Shown: one piece after another, positions 25,681 through 38,599 of the stretch
Position numbering within the stretch: position 1 is the stretch's first letter
Layout of the letters: the number at the start of each line of letters is the position of its first letter
NCBI RefSeq assembly: GCF_006345805.1
Contig: NC_043021.1
Location: forward strand, 5,394,001 to 5,458,000
Direction: 5' to 3'
Source of the DNA: Octopus sinensis
Taxonomy: Eukaryota
Length of the DNA: 64,000 nt
Program-made: the position numbers and the translations under genes
Notes under the pieces: generated by a model
The model's input: only the letters and a program-made list of their open reading frames with translations
Databases searched by the model: none
What the model was told of the DNA's origin: nothing

Positions 25681-26098
25681 CTCAAATATTTCCCCCTCCT
25701 ATTTCTTTCTGCTTTAGTTTCCACCCTCTTTTATCTCTGTCTCCACTATTTTTATTGTTTCTTAAATGCAATAATAACACTGTTTAGTAGTTACGGGGGA
25801 TTACATTGGCAAATGAAACCGTGGCTTTAATAATCTATTAACAAATATTACTGCAATTTATGTGTTATGTATCATCATCATCATCATCATGCTCATCATT
25901 ATTGTGTTATAGCCTCTTTCCTTTCTAGTTTGAGTTGTATGATTTGTTATTATCTAGTTTGGGTTGCACCCGGAGTTACACTCCTTTAACATGTTGGGGG
26001 GAAACTGTGTATTCTGTTGTGTTTTGGCATGGTTTCTGTGGCTGGAAACTGCATTATTATTGTAATTAAAATATAAAAATGATGCATATATGTATATA

Positions 26099-26119
<21 letters not shown>

Positions 26120-26130
<11 letters not shown>

Positions 26131-26325
26131 AATATTAATGGGAAGGTTATGAAAATAAAAAAGACGAAGGCAGGGGAGTACAAACAAACAAATGTATTAG
26201 TATGGCGCTCAGGAATAGAAATAGAACAAGTCTTTTACGTTTCGAGCATACGCTCTTCGACAGAAAGATACACAGAAAAAAAACAAGGAGAGAAAAAAAT
26301 GCATGTAGGAGCTAACGATCTATCA
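26120..26325 (-). mobile_element. Penelope-like terminal-repeat remnant
   Basis: Flanked by (TA)n; shares the TATTAG..CGCTCAGGAA..ACGTTTCGAGC..GCTCTTCG layout with 10170-10370 and 16490-16675. Confidence 0.65.
26231..26268 (-). ncRNA. Minimal type I hammerhead fold with CUGUCGA core
   Basis: UCUUU-CUGUCGA-A-GAGC GUAU GCUC-GAA-ACGU-A-AAAGA; all three stems intact; GUA triplet. Confidence 0.55.
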
Positions 26326-26329
26326 TGGC

Positions 26330-26640
26330 ATCACCGTGATGACTGTGACTGACCAGGCTATCAGATGTTGCTACACATCGCTGGTCACAATGCGCTTTGC
26401 ATTGTTTTAGCCTTCAAATGACGCCACCCCGCTGGCTAAGCGAGCAGGCCAACAGAAGAAAGAGTGAGAGAAAGTTGTGGTGAAAGAGTACAGCAGGGAT
26501 CGCCACCACCCTCTGCCAGAGCCTCGTGGAACTTTAGGTGTTTTCGCTCAATAAACACTCACAACGCCCGGTCTGAGAATTGAAACCGCGATTCTACAAC
26601 CGCGAGTCCGCTACCCTAACCACTAGGCCATTGCGCCTCC
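26330..26640 (-). mobile_element. SINE family D (tail type D1), full length
   Basis: Head GGAGGCGCAATGGCCTAGTGGTTAGGG with B box GGTTTCAATTC; tail ...ATCTGATAGCCTGGTCAGTCACAGTCATCACGGTGAT. Confidence 0.88.
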
Positions 26641-27649
26641 AACACACACACACACATATATATATACACACTGTAAATCCTTGATTATAGTCTGCCCTTG
26701 AGTATAATACACAGGGGATTTTTAGGAGGCTGTACCTCTGAAAAACCTAAACCTTGTGTATAATACGTATAATATGCACCCCTTCTCTAACTTGAGTCGT
26801 GCGTAATTAAGCCAGCAGCACCCAGTCGAACAAACACTTCCGTGCATGCGTAATACAATAATGGTGATGTTCTTAACTGTTGTATGGGAATGTAAATATG
26901 TTTGCAAATTGTTTTTGTTACATGTTATTCTGTGTTCTGAATACTTTTATTTTAATAAATGTTGCTTACAGCAAGTTATGGATGATTCTTTTATGACTTC
27001 ATTGCTTTCAGGCTTAGCTTAAGGTATTTTCCCGCCCGGCATCACAAAATGCATCTGAATAAACATTGCCAGACAAGAATTTTATGTCGTAGGACTGGGG
27101 TTGATCTTAGGTGGGTTGGTATCAAGATGGTTAACTCTTTTGTTAGCATATTTTTGTTGAAACCTACTCTCTTTGTTTCAATTAACTTTATAAAATAAAA
27201 AGAATTTGATAAAATAACCCTGTCATTATTAAGTTGATGTTTGGGACATAAGGGCATGAAATTTTGATAGCAGATTTTTAACTGAGACTACTTTAAAATG
27301 GGAGGTTTGTATTGGAGAACCAGCGGCAATTTCAAGTTGGTTGGTTGGTATGTGTTTGTGTATGTATGTATGTGTGTGCTTGTGCGTGCATGTATGTGTA
27401 TGTGTGCACTTGTGTGTATTTGTAAGTCATGGTGTCTATGTGTGCTTGTGTTAGTGTTCATATGTATGTATGTATGTATGCATGTACGTATGTCTGTGTG
27501 TATGTGTGTGTGTATATGGGTGTGTGCATGTGTGGTGTTTAATGGTCTCGAATATTTAGAATGTAAGATTTGATACATCTTTGATCTGTAGTTTCCTGCT
27601 TGTGTGTTGAGAGGAAGAGGTTGGGCGACAAGCTGTCCAGATAACGCAT

Positions 27650-27686
<37 letters not shown>

Positions 27687-27693
27687 ACACACA

Positions 27694-27737
<44 letters not shown>

Positions 27738-27806
27738 CCTATATATATATATCACACACCCACTCACAGTAAAAAGAATTTATGATGTCCAAAAGTTTGG
27801 CTATTT

Positions 27807-28203
27807 TACTCTTTTACTTGTTTTAGTCATTCGACTGCGGCCATGCTGGAGCACCGCCTTTAGTCGAGCAAATCAACCCCGGGACTTATTCTTTGGTAAG
27901 CCCAGTACTTATTCTATCGGTCTCTTTTGCCGAACCGCTAAGTAACGGGGACATAAACACACCAGCACCGGTTGTCAAGCAATGCTAGGGTGACAAACAC
28001 AGACACACAAACACACACACGCATATATATATACATATATACGATGGGCTTCTTTCAGTTTCCGTCTACCAAATCCACTCACAAGGCATTAGTCGGCCTG
28101 AGGCTATAGTAGAAGACACTTGCCCAAGGTGCCATGCAGTGGGACTGAACCCGAAATCATGTGGTTGGTAAACAAGCTACTTACCACACAGCCACTCCTG
28201 CGG
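27807..28203 (-). mobile_element. SINE family B, full length
   Basis: Matches the 21685 copy along its length in reverse orientation. Confidence 0.9.
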
Positions 28204-28529
28204 CTATTTATTTATTTAAATTAAAACAATTTTAAGGAAATACCATATTGGTGTGTGTATTTATGTGTATGTATTTATGTGTATGTATTTATGTGTGTGT
28301 ATTTATGTGTGTGTATTTGAGTGAAAGGACCTTCCCAGTCCGCATGCACCAACAACAACACATGCCTGCATGCGCACACACATAGTTATGAACACATAAT
28401 TACATGCTCATACACACATACACACACGCGCACATACATATACACCCCTTGCATAAGTGCTTGTGTATGCATATGCCAACCATGCATACATATACACTCA
28501 CTCTCGCATATCCACTCATACATATATGC

Positions 28530-28743
28530 ATGCACACACACACAGAGCACTGCACACACATACACACACACACAGCACTGCACACACACACAACACACAC
28601 ACACACACAGAGCACTGTACACACACACACACACAGAGCACTGTACACACACACACACACAAAGCACTGCACACACACACATACAGAGCACTGCACACAC
28701 ATACACACAGAGCACTGCACACACACACACACACACACAAAGC

Positions 28744-28782
<39 letters not shown>

Positions 28783-29310
28783 CAGCACTGCACCCACACA
28801 CACACACAGAGCACTGCACACATACACACACACAGAGCACTGCACACACATACACACACAGAGCACTGCACACACATACACACACACACAGAGCACTGCA
28901 CACACACACACACACAGAGCACTGCACACACATACACACAGAGCACTGCACACACATACACACACAGAGCACTGCACACACATACACACACAGAGCACTG
29001 CACACACATACACACACAGAGCACTGCACACACATACACACACAGAGCACTGCACACACATACACACACAGAGCACTACACACACATACACACACAGAGC
29101 ACTGCACACACATACACACACAGAGCACTGCACACACATACGCACACACATACACACACAGAGCACTGCACACACATACACACACAGAGCACTGCACACA
29201 CATACATACAGAGCACTGCACACACATACATACAGAGCACTGCACACACACACATACAGAGCACTGCACACACATACACACACAGAGCACTGCACACACA
29301 CACACACCAA
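28530..29310. repeat. Minisatellite AGAGCACTG + (CA)n/CATA, about 22-34 bp variable unit
   Basis: About 30 copies of the fixed AGCACTG core separated by (CA)n; explains the 200-340 aa H/T-rich ORFs. Confidence 0.95.
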
Positions 29311-29459
29311 GAATCTATGACGTCTAACAGTTTTGTTATTTAAAATAAAACATTTTAAAGAAATTATTACATCATATGTGTGTGTTTGTATATATTTCTG
29401 TGTGTTTGTTTATGTTTATATATGTATGTGTGTGTGTGTGTGTTGACTGGAAAGTTTTC

Positions 29460-29780
29460 CTCCCCCTCACAACTCCTCTCTCACCCCCTCTCTCCTCTCT
29501 TCATCTCTCCCCCTCCTCACAACTCCTCTCTCACCCCCCCCCTCTCTCTCTCTTCATCTCTCCCCCTCATCTCTCCCCCTCACAACTCCTCTCTCACCTC
29601 CCCCCCTCTCTCTCTCTCTTCATCTCTCCCCCTCACAACTCCTCTCTCAACCCCCCCTCTCTCTCTTCATCTCTCCCCCTCACAACTCCTCTCTCACCCC
29701 CCTCTCTCTCTCTCTTCATCTCTCCCCCCCACAACTCTCTCTCACCCCCTCTCTCTCTCTCTTCATCTCTCCCCCTCACC
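29460..29780. repeat. Pyrimidine-rich minisatellite (about 45-bp unit)
   Basis: About 7 copies of CTTCATCTCTCCCCCTCACAACTCCTCTCTCACCCCCC(CT)n. Confidence 0.9.
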
Positions 29781-30049
29781 TCCTTCCTTTCAACCACCGA
29801 CTTTGAATAAACACGCCACCCATTACATCAGCCCCCCCCCATCCCCACCCTCGTTATGCCTGTCGGACGGAGGAGAAGAGCCGTGTTTTTCTATTCCATA
29901 TGAAGCAATGATCAAAATTCCTCTCTCTGCACAAGAGCTGTGCGTGAGTGGCCTCAGTTTGGGTTGGAGCCAAGATCTGGTGTCTGCTGGAACCAAGGAA
30001 TAAACAGTCACACACACACACACACACACACACATGCGTGTGTGTTGAT

Positions 30050-30720
30050 ACATGTAGGTGTGTATGTGTTTGTATACAAGTATAAGTATGTATGTGTGTT
30101 TATATGTATGTATGTATGTGTGTTTATATGTATGTGTGTATATATATATGTGTATATATATATGTGTGTGTGTGTGTGTATATAATATATATATGTGTGT
30201 GTGTGTATGTATATATATGTGTGTGTTTGTATGTATATATGGTGTGTGTGTTTATATATATATATATGTATATATATATATGTATATATGTATGTATAGT
30301 ATATATATATGTATATATATATATGTATGTATATATGTATATATATATATGTGTGTTTGTGTATGTATATGTATATATATATGTGTGTGTGTTGTTGTGT
30401 ATGTATGTATATATTATATATATATATATATGTGTGTGTGTATGTATGTATATGTTATATATATATATATATGGTGTGTGTGTGTGTGTATGTATGTATA
30501 TATGTATGTATATATATATATGTGTGTGTATATGTATATATAGTAATATATAAATATATTATGTGGTGTGTGTGTATTGTATATAAATATTTATATATCT
30601 ATATTGTGGTGTGTTGTGTATTATATATATGTGGTGTATTATATAGGCTATATTGTGTGTGTGTGGGGTATATTATATATATATTTTGTGTGTATATATT
30701 TTTCGTGTGTGTGTGTGTTA
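30050..30720. repeat. Compound (TA)n/(TG)n microsatellite field
   Basis: Mixed dinucleotide and TATG repeats. Confidence 0.95.
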
Positions 30721-31421
30721 AGTGTTTGTGTGCCAACAAGACAACAAAACTAAGCAAAACAAACATCGCCCCACATTTATCTCAGCAGTGGCGCCACCTG
30801 TAAATGTGATTTACCTGTATATTTTGACTGCCTCGTTATATCACCTGGCCTGGCCTGAATATTTCTGATTGCTTTCGATTTGTATTTTTTATTTTGTTCT
30901 TTTTTTTTTTCTCTTTGATTTCTCTTTCATGGATTTGACAAAAAAAAAATGTAGTGTGTGTTTGTGTATATATAAAATATCTTTCTCTCATTGGATCATA
31001 GATATGTTCGTGTGTTTGTGAGCATGTGTGTGTGTGTGTTTCTTTGTGTGCGTATGTATGTATTTGAGTGTGTGGTTGTGTATGTTCTTGTGTGTTTGTA
31101 TGCGTATGTATGTATTTGTGTATTTTCTTGTGTGTGTTCATGTATATATATCTCTCTCTCTCTCCACACACACACAGAAAGGTCATATTTGTATTTATGT
31201 ATGTGGTGTTGTGCATATCTTTAAGGCCCTCATGCTTTCCGAAATCCGTCGAAACTACACCTGATTATATATGCACTTTAGATGAGTTGTAGTGCACCTT
31301 AGCACCGTACACAATGTTTATTATTATTATTATTATTTTTATTATAAATATAACTTTTCACATGCTCTCTCACCAACATGCACACGTGTGAGTGTGTGTC
31401 TATATATATAGTATGTGCAGA

Positions 31422-31834
31422 AGGGCGGCGAGCTGGCAGAAACGTTAGCACGCCAGGCGAAATGCGTAGCCGTATTTCGTCTGCTGTTACGTTCTGAGTT
31501 CAAATTCCGCCGAGGTCGACTTTGCCTTTCATCCTTTCAGGGTCAATAAATTAAGTGCCAGTTACGCACTGGGGTCGATGTAATCGACTTAATCCGTTTG
31601 TCCTTGTTTGTCCCCTCTGTGTTTAGCCCCTTGTGGGTAGCAAAGAAATAGGTATTTCGTCTGCCGCTACGTTATGAGTTCAAATTCCACCAAGGTCGAC
31701 TTTGCCTTTCATCTTTTCAGGGTCGATAAATTAAGTACCAGTTACGCACTGGGGTCGATGTAATCGACTTAATCTGTTTGTCTGTCCTTGCTCGTCCCCT
31801 CTGTGTTTAGCCCCTTGTGGGTAGTAAAGAAATA
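31422..31834 (+). mobile_element. SINE family A dimer with TSD
   Basis: Head plus two bodies joined by AAAGAAATA-GGTATTTC; TSD (TA)nGTATGTGCAGA at 31401-31421 and 31835-31855. Confidence 0.92.
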
Positions 31835-32540
31835 TATATATATAGTATGTGCAGATATTTGTGTATGCCGACACACACACACACACACGCACGATACAAT
31901 CCACACTAGCATGGAAAAAAGTTCTAAAACAAATGAAATATGCACATCACATGACTACACACAAATGTACCCATATACTTACACACATGCTTGTAATGTC
32001 TGGTTTTAGCTGCTATTTCTTATAGACTTTTCAAGCAGTCTCACAATACCCATTTTGCTGCACCTTGACATGCCATCATAATCCTCAATCTCATATCACA
32101 AGGCTCTGTGGGACCAGATCTTTTCTACCTTCTTCCTCTTCACTCTGGTTTCTGTTTCACCTGGAGAGGAAGCTAGTCTGTTTTGTGTAACTTCCTTGAT
32201 TGTGTGGAGGTAGGAACACTAACTAAATTTTGTGCAACACACAACTGTTGCTACTGCTTCCAGCAGTGGGTTCTATCATGCATGGTACCTATCTACAGCT
32301 AGGTAGAGTCTGCCTTTGCAATCTGACTGTCTTGCTGGGTAAGTGACATTATGCCATAGTCATTTTGGCATCACTATTTTGATGTTCATTTATTATATCA
32401 GATTCTGTAATGTTTTTCTCATTCACTCTCTGCTTCACTCTCTGCTTCTCTCTCCCTTCTCTTTCATCTTAGGTGTCTGAGCATACTTTTCTTTATTTAT
32501 ATAGAGGCAGGGAAGTATTTGTCAATGATGTTCTATTAAT

Positions 32541-32711
32541 AGGCGTCGGAGTGGCTGTGTGGTAAGTAGCTTGTTTACCAACCACATGGATTCCGGGTTC
32601 AGTCCCACTGCGTGGCACCTTGGGCAAGTGTCTTCTGCTATAGCCCCGGGCCGACCAATGGCTTGTGAGTGGATTTGGTAGACGGAAACTGAAAGAAGCC
32701 TGTCGTATATA

Positions 32712-32753
<42 letters not shown>

Positions 32754-32957
32754 GTGTATGTGTGTGTGTTTGTGTGTCTGTGTTTGTCTCCCTAGCATTG
32801 CTTGACAACCGATGCTGGTGTGTTTACGTCCCCGTCACTTAGTGGTTCGGCAAAAGTGACCAATAGAATAAGTACTGGGCTTACAAAGAATAAGTCCGGG
32901 TGCTCCAGCATGGCCGCAGTCAAATGACTGAAACAAGTAAAAGAGAGAGTAAAGAGT
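32541..32957 (+). mobile_element. SINE family B, full length
   Basis: Head, CORE-like block, internal (TA)/(TG) and tail all present. Confidence 0.9.
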
Positions 32958-34142
32958 AATAAATTGTAATCTTTCTCTGTCTGTCTGTCTGTCTCTCTGT
33001 TTTGCTCAAAAAACACAAAGCATTGCCCAGTACAGGAATCGAAACCACAGTCTTATGATCATGAGTCCAGCATCCTAACCATTAAGCCATGCACCTCCAC
33101 TCACTCTCTATCTGTGTATCTGTATTTCTATGTGTGTATATATTTGCCTCCAGTGTCAAAAAGTACTTTTGCCAAAACAGGTTCAAAGTCCAGTCTGTCG
33201 TGCCAAACCATGTGTGACCAAACACCTGTGTCCAAAAACCTGTGCCCAATCATTTCATCAGTACATGTCAGAGTGACAAAAAAAATTTTTTTTTTTTAAA
33301 TCAAGGAAGGTACCAGGTGGTCGTGGGATGTGCTAGAAACACCAGCTAAATCTCCCTTAAATCACACACTTTTTTCGTCTGAAAGTTATTTTGAAAATTA
33401 TAAACAGGAACAAATTACACATTTGGACTGTCTGTATTTTAAAACTATGATTAAAACACAATTCTGAAACAAAAGCTGAAACTTTAGAATTTATGGGGTA
33501 GGAAGGAGTTAATGAAAATATTTAAAAAAAATTTCACTTATCATTATCATTTAACGTCTGTTATCCATGTTGGCATCAGTTGGATGGTTTGACTAGAGCT
33601 AGCAAGCTGGGAGGCTGCACCAGACTCCAGCCTGGTTTGGCATGGTTCCTATGGCTGGATGCCCTTCCTAATGCCAACCACTGTACAGAGTGTGCCGGGT
33701 GCTTTTATGTGGCATTGCCTGAATGTTTTCAAGTGGCACTGTGCAGGCACTTTTATATGTCACCGCACAAGCACTTTTCCATGGCACCAGCAGAAGGATC
33801 GGTCTTAGCACTTCTGCTGCAGAGTACAGATCTTCTTGAGCACGGGCTGCTATTGTTTTTAAATTATATTTAATTTTCTGTTTGAAAATAAAGGAAGTGG
33901 GGATTGTGACGGTAATTACTGATTTCAAAAATTTTCATTTTTTTAACCTTCAAAGCTTCTTCCATTCTTCTTATGTGCATAGTGTTAAAATATTGACCAA
34001 AATTAGAGGAAGGCAGTTTAATGTTGTTATACATCACTGATCACAATGCACTTTTGCATCATTTTAGCTTTGCTGGCTAGTTCAGCAGGTCAACATTCCT
34101 CCATTGTAGGGTCCACCTATTTACAGCCGAGTGGACTGGAGC

Positions 34143-34390
34143 AATCATCCTCATCATCATCGTTTAACGTCCGTTTTCCATGCTAGCATGGGTTGAACAG
34201 TTCGACTGGGGTCTGGGAAGCCAGGAGGCTGCACCAGGCTCCAGTCTGATCTGGCAGTGTTTCTACAGCTGGATGCCCTTCCTAACGCCAACCACTCTGA
34301 GTGTAGTGGATACCTTTTACGTGCCACCAGCACAGGTGCCAGGGGAGGCTGGCAACGGCCACGATCGGTTGGTGGTTTTTACGTGCCACC
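34143..34390 (-). mobile_element. Family C SINE-like repeat
   Basis: (CAT)n then CGTTTAACGTCCGTTTTCCATGCTAGCATGGG...GGATGCCCTTCCTAACGCCAACC. Confidence 0.88.
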
Positions 34391-35115
34391 TACACGGGAA
34401 CACAACATGCCGCCCAGTCCAGGAAGTGAACCTACGATCTAGCACTCACGAGTGGAACACCCTATCCATTACGCCATCCACCCTCATATATATTATGTCA
34501 TGTTTATCCCCGCCACTTCCAAGTTTCTACATAAAGTGTAATGTTCACATTAATTTTGATTCTTACAGATACTTCCTGTTGACATCAGTGCCCCTCACCC
34601 CCAGGGCCTCACTTACTCTCTGCCTCCCCCCAACACTACCACCATAGTTATGTTCCACCACCACCACCGCCTCCACCTCTTCCTTCCTTATGTTTATGAC
34701 AGTTCCACTCAATACTGTCTGTCTGTCTGTTTCTCTCTACTCTGTGTTGTCACCAATGGTTACATAAATCTAATATTGTCACATCCGTACATGCCATGTA
34801 TGGCATCCTGTCTTGAATTTACCATTTTTGCTTTTTATTAAGTTCTCTTTCTCTTTGGTCTTTTTTTTGGCATTTTTCTTTCTTTTCCCCCTTCCTTCCT
34901 TCCCTCCTTCCTTTTTTCTTGCCATCCTTTTTTCTGTCTTTTTTTTTATTTCCTTTCTCCTTTTTTTTCTGTCTTTTTGTCCTTTTCCTTCTTACTTTCT
35001 CTTGTCTTTCTTTTTTGGCCTTGCTACTTTCTTTTCTTCCACAAGAATTCTGCTTATTCATCTTCATCTTCATCACCACCACAACAACAATAACAACAGC
35101 AGTAATACTTCTTTT

Positions 35116-35695
35116 GAGATCTTTTCGGTTTGAACGGCAGTTTTTAACATACTTTCTAGGTAACTAAAAAATTTTAAACTTCACACCCAGTTTGTCTCTT
35201 GACACATTTTATACTAAGTCGCTCATACAAACTTGCATTGCACATCCAACAGAACATCCTTGCTTCATTTTCTGGATCTTTTCGGTTTGACCGGCAGTTT
35301 TTTAAAATAATTTCCAAGTAACTAAGCACTTTTAAACTTTGTATACTGGTAGAATGTGTTTATAAAACATCTTTTTCTCTTGGCTTTATTGAGAAAATTC
35401 TATAGTTTGTAAGATATTTGTTGTTTTTTTTCTTCAATTTCTGCAATTTCAACCCATCACTGACATCTATTGAAATAAAAAACATTCTGTGCCGTATGAA
35501 TATGTCCCTCGTTTAAGAAACAGATTGGGTTTATTTACATTTGTGAAGAAGAAAAGATACCCTTCCCCCTAACCCTAACTAATCTTAACCCTAAAAGAGA
35601 CTGAAATGCAATAGATCGATTCTAGGGTCTTAATTACGGATGAAAATTTCATATGACACCGCTAGAAAAAACTGCCGTTCAAACTGAAAAGATCC
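35116..35695 (+). mobile_element. Composite Merlin-like MITE (two left ends, one right end) with 8-bp TSD
   Basis: Left TIRs at 35116 and 35274, right TIR ending GATCC at 35695; TSD CTTCTTTT at 35108-35115 and 35696-35703. Confidence 0.8.
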
Positions 35696-36129
35696 CTTCT
35701 TTTTTATATATAATAACAATAATATTGGTTTCAAATTTTGGTACAAGGTCTGAAATTTTTGTTGGTAGGAAGGGGACTATTCAATCACATCAACCCCACT
35801 GTTTAACCAGTTCTTATTTTATTGACATCAAAAGGCTGAAAAGCAAAACCAACCTCATGCCATTAGAATGTAAAGACACACAAAATGCCATTGAACATTT
35901 TGCTCAGTGACCTTGCGATTCAACCAATTTGTCACCCTACCGCCTTTTTATATATTATAATAATGATAGTTACAAATTTTGGCACAAAGCCCACAATTTT
36001 AGGGGACATAGGGTAAGTCAGTTACATTGTCCCCTGTACTTGACTGATACTTTGTTTTATTGACTCCAAAAGGATGAGGGCAATGTTGCCCTTGTTGAGA
36101 TTTGGGCTTAGCGCATAAAGGGCATGAAG

Positions 36130-36370
36130 AAATACCTATTTCTTTATTACCCACAAGGGGCTAAACACAGAAGGGACAAACAAGGGCAGACAAACGGATT
36201 AAGTCGAATATATCAACCCCAGTGCGTAACTGGTACTTATTTAATCAACCCCGAAAGAATGAAAGGCAAAGTCGACCTCGGCGGAATTTTAACTCAGAAC
36301 GTAGCGGCAGACGAAATACTGCTAAGCATTTCGCCTGGTGTGCTAACGTTTCTGCCAACTCGCCACCTTG
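36130..36370 (-). mobile_element. SINE family A monomer
   Basis: Reverse complement of the family A consensus. Confidence 0.88.
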
Positions 36371-36691
36371 AAGAAATACCACTTTGTTTGACACACTAAC
36401 TATTCTCTAAACCTACCACTTTACAGCAATAATAACGATCCTTTGAGAGAGATTCCATGGGGTTTGAATAAATATTACAAAAGGAAATTTTGAAAGAAAT
36501 ATTATCCATTTTTTAGTACTTTTTGGGAGTAAGCAAATAAGAAATAACAGTTGTTACCCAAGGACAAAAATCGTGTTACACAGTGTAATTTAACTTTTAC
36601 ATCTTTCTGGTAAAGACCTAACCTTCTGACAGGTTTCCATACAGTTTCCATCTACCAAATTTCTTTCACAAGGTTTGTGTTGACTCTCTCT

Positions 36692-36910
36692 TTCTCTTTT
36701 ACTCGTTTACTTGTTTCAGTCATTTGACTGCGGCCATGCTGGAGCACTGCCTTTAGTCGAGCGAATCGACCCCTGGACTTATTCTTTGTAAGCCCAGTAC
36801 TTATTCTATCGGTCTCTTTTTGCCGAACCGCTAAGTGACGGGGACATAAACACACCAGCATCGGTTGTCAAGTGATGCTAGGGGGACAAACACAGATACA
36901 CAACACACAG

Positions 36911-36973
<63 letters not shown>

Positions 36974-37207
36974 CATAAATGGCGGTTGCCCCAGCATGGC
37001 CACAGCTCATGAGCTGAAACTAGAATCAATCAATCAATCAATCATATACGACAGGCTTCTTTCAGTTTCCGTCTGCCGAATCCACTCACAAGGCTTTGGT
37101 CGGCCCGGGGCTATAGCAGAAGACACTTGCCCAAGGTGCCACGCAGTGGGACTGAACCCGGAATCATGTGGTTGGTAAGCAAGCTACTTACCACACAGCC
37201 ACTCCTG
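36692..37207 (-). mobile_element. SINE family B with expanded internal (TA)n and an inserted foreign SINE tail
   Basis: Insert GGCGGTTGCCCCAGCATGGCCACAGC...(TCAA)n at about 36980-37043 lies inside the internal microsatellite. Confidence 0.85.
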
Positions 37208-37854
37208 ACTCAAGGCTTTTATTAAAAAGTTAACCCAGCACACATTGTGAAATGAAGTCCTTAACCCTGAAGAAGAAATATGTTATTTGGAAGTTAAAGC
37301 TGATAACCTAGTATTTGCATCACTCTAGTAAAAATGTGCACATGGTATTTGAGAAAGTAGGAATCCCAGATTTATTCTCAGCATCTGATGGCTATTTTTG
37401 AATGATTGACACAGTTAGGTTGGAAAGGAATTAAAAAAAAAAAAAAAGAGATTAAAAAATTATTTTATTTTTATTTTTAAAGTTTTGCCAAAAATGGTTT
37501 CGCAAAAACAATAAAACAAGCAAAATTAAAAGACTGAAAAATGTTTGCAAAACAAGAATATGCAGAAAAAAAATACTAAATCTAATTTTTTAGCCAGGAG
37601 TTGCCTTTTTTTTTCAATCATTTTTTTTTTTATTTGTGAGTGTGTGAGAAAGAGAGAGAGAGAGAGAGATTTATCTGTAATCTGAAGTTATAGATGTTAA
37701 TTTAAAATTAGAATGTCTCTCGTCTGTTCTCTTCTAGTTTTTCTTTCTCTCATTATCTTCATCTCTCTCTCTCTCTCCATTTGTCTCTTGCTTTTCTTCT
37801 ACTTCTCTTCTCTTCTTCTCTCATTCTTTTCCTTTCTCTCATTATCACCATTCC

Positions 37855-38273
37855 AAGGCGGCGAGCTGGCGGAAACGTTAGCGCGCCGGGCGAAATGCTT
37901 AGCGGTATTTCGTCTGCCGCTACGTTCTGAGTTCAAATTCCGCCGAGGTCGACTTTGCCTTTCATCCTTTCGGGGTCGATAAATTAAGTACCAGTTACGC
38001 ACTGGGGTCGATGTAATCGACTTAATCCATTTGTCTGTCCTTGTTTGTCCCTTCTATGTTTAGCCCCTGGTGGGTAATAAAGAAATAGGTATTTCGTCTG
38101 TCATTACATTCTGAGTTCAAATTCCGCTGAGGTCGACTTTGCCTTTCATCCTTTCGGGGTTGATAAATAAAGTACCAGTTACGCACTGGGGTCGATGTAA
38201 TCGACTTAATACCTATGTCTGTCCTTATTTGTTCCCTCTGTGTTTAGCCCCTTGTGGGCAATAAAGAAATATA
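37855..38273 (+). mobile_element. SINE family A dimer with 12-bp TSD
   Basis: TSD TATCACCATTCC at 37843-37854 and 38274-38285. Confidence 0.92.
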
Positions 38274-38599
38274 TATCACCATTCCTTTCTCATTTCCCCT
38301 TTCTCTTTCCTTCTTTCTTTTCTTTGTTTGGCTTTTCCCCCCTCTTTTTCACAGGTCTTACATGCATGTGCACACATTCATGCACAACACACATCTTTTT
38401 GCCATCTTATTTTCTTTCTCTTTACCTACCTTTCTGTCCATATCTTCTTGTTTATTCTCATGTTCCGAGTTCAAATTCCGCCAAGGTCAACTTTGCCTTT
38501 CATCCTTTTAGGGCTAATAAATTAAGTACCAGTGAAAAACTGGGGTTGATGTGATTGACTTACCCCTCCCCACAAATTTCAGTCCTTGTGCCTAAAAGC

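Noticed and set aside
28321-29343. 200-340 aa His/Thr- or Cys/Val-rich ORFs and a CRISPR-like repeat-spacer look
   Set aside because: Minisatellite; the spacers are (CA)n, not unique; eukaryotic context with no cas genes.
35565-35600. CCCTAA repeats as an interstitial telomere
   Set aside because: Only 2-3 degenerate units and part of the MITE interior (also at 58615-58630).
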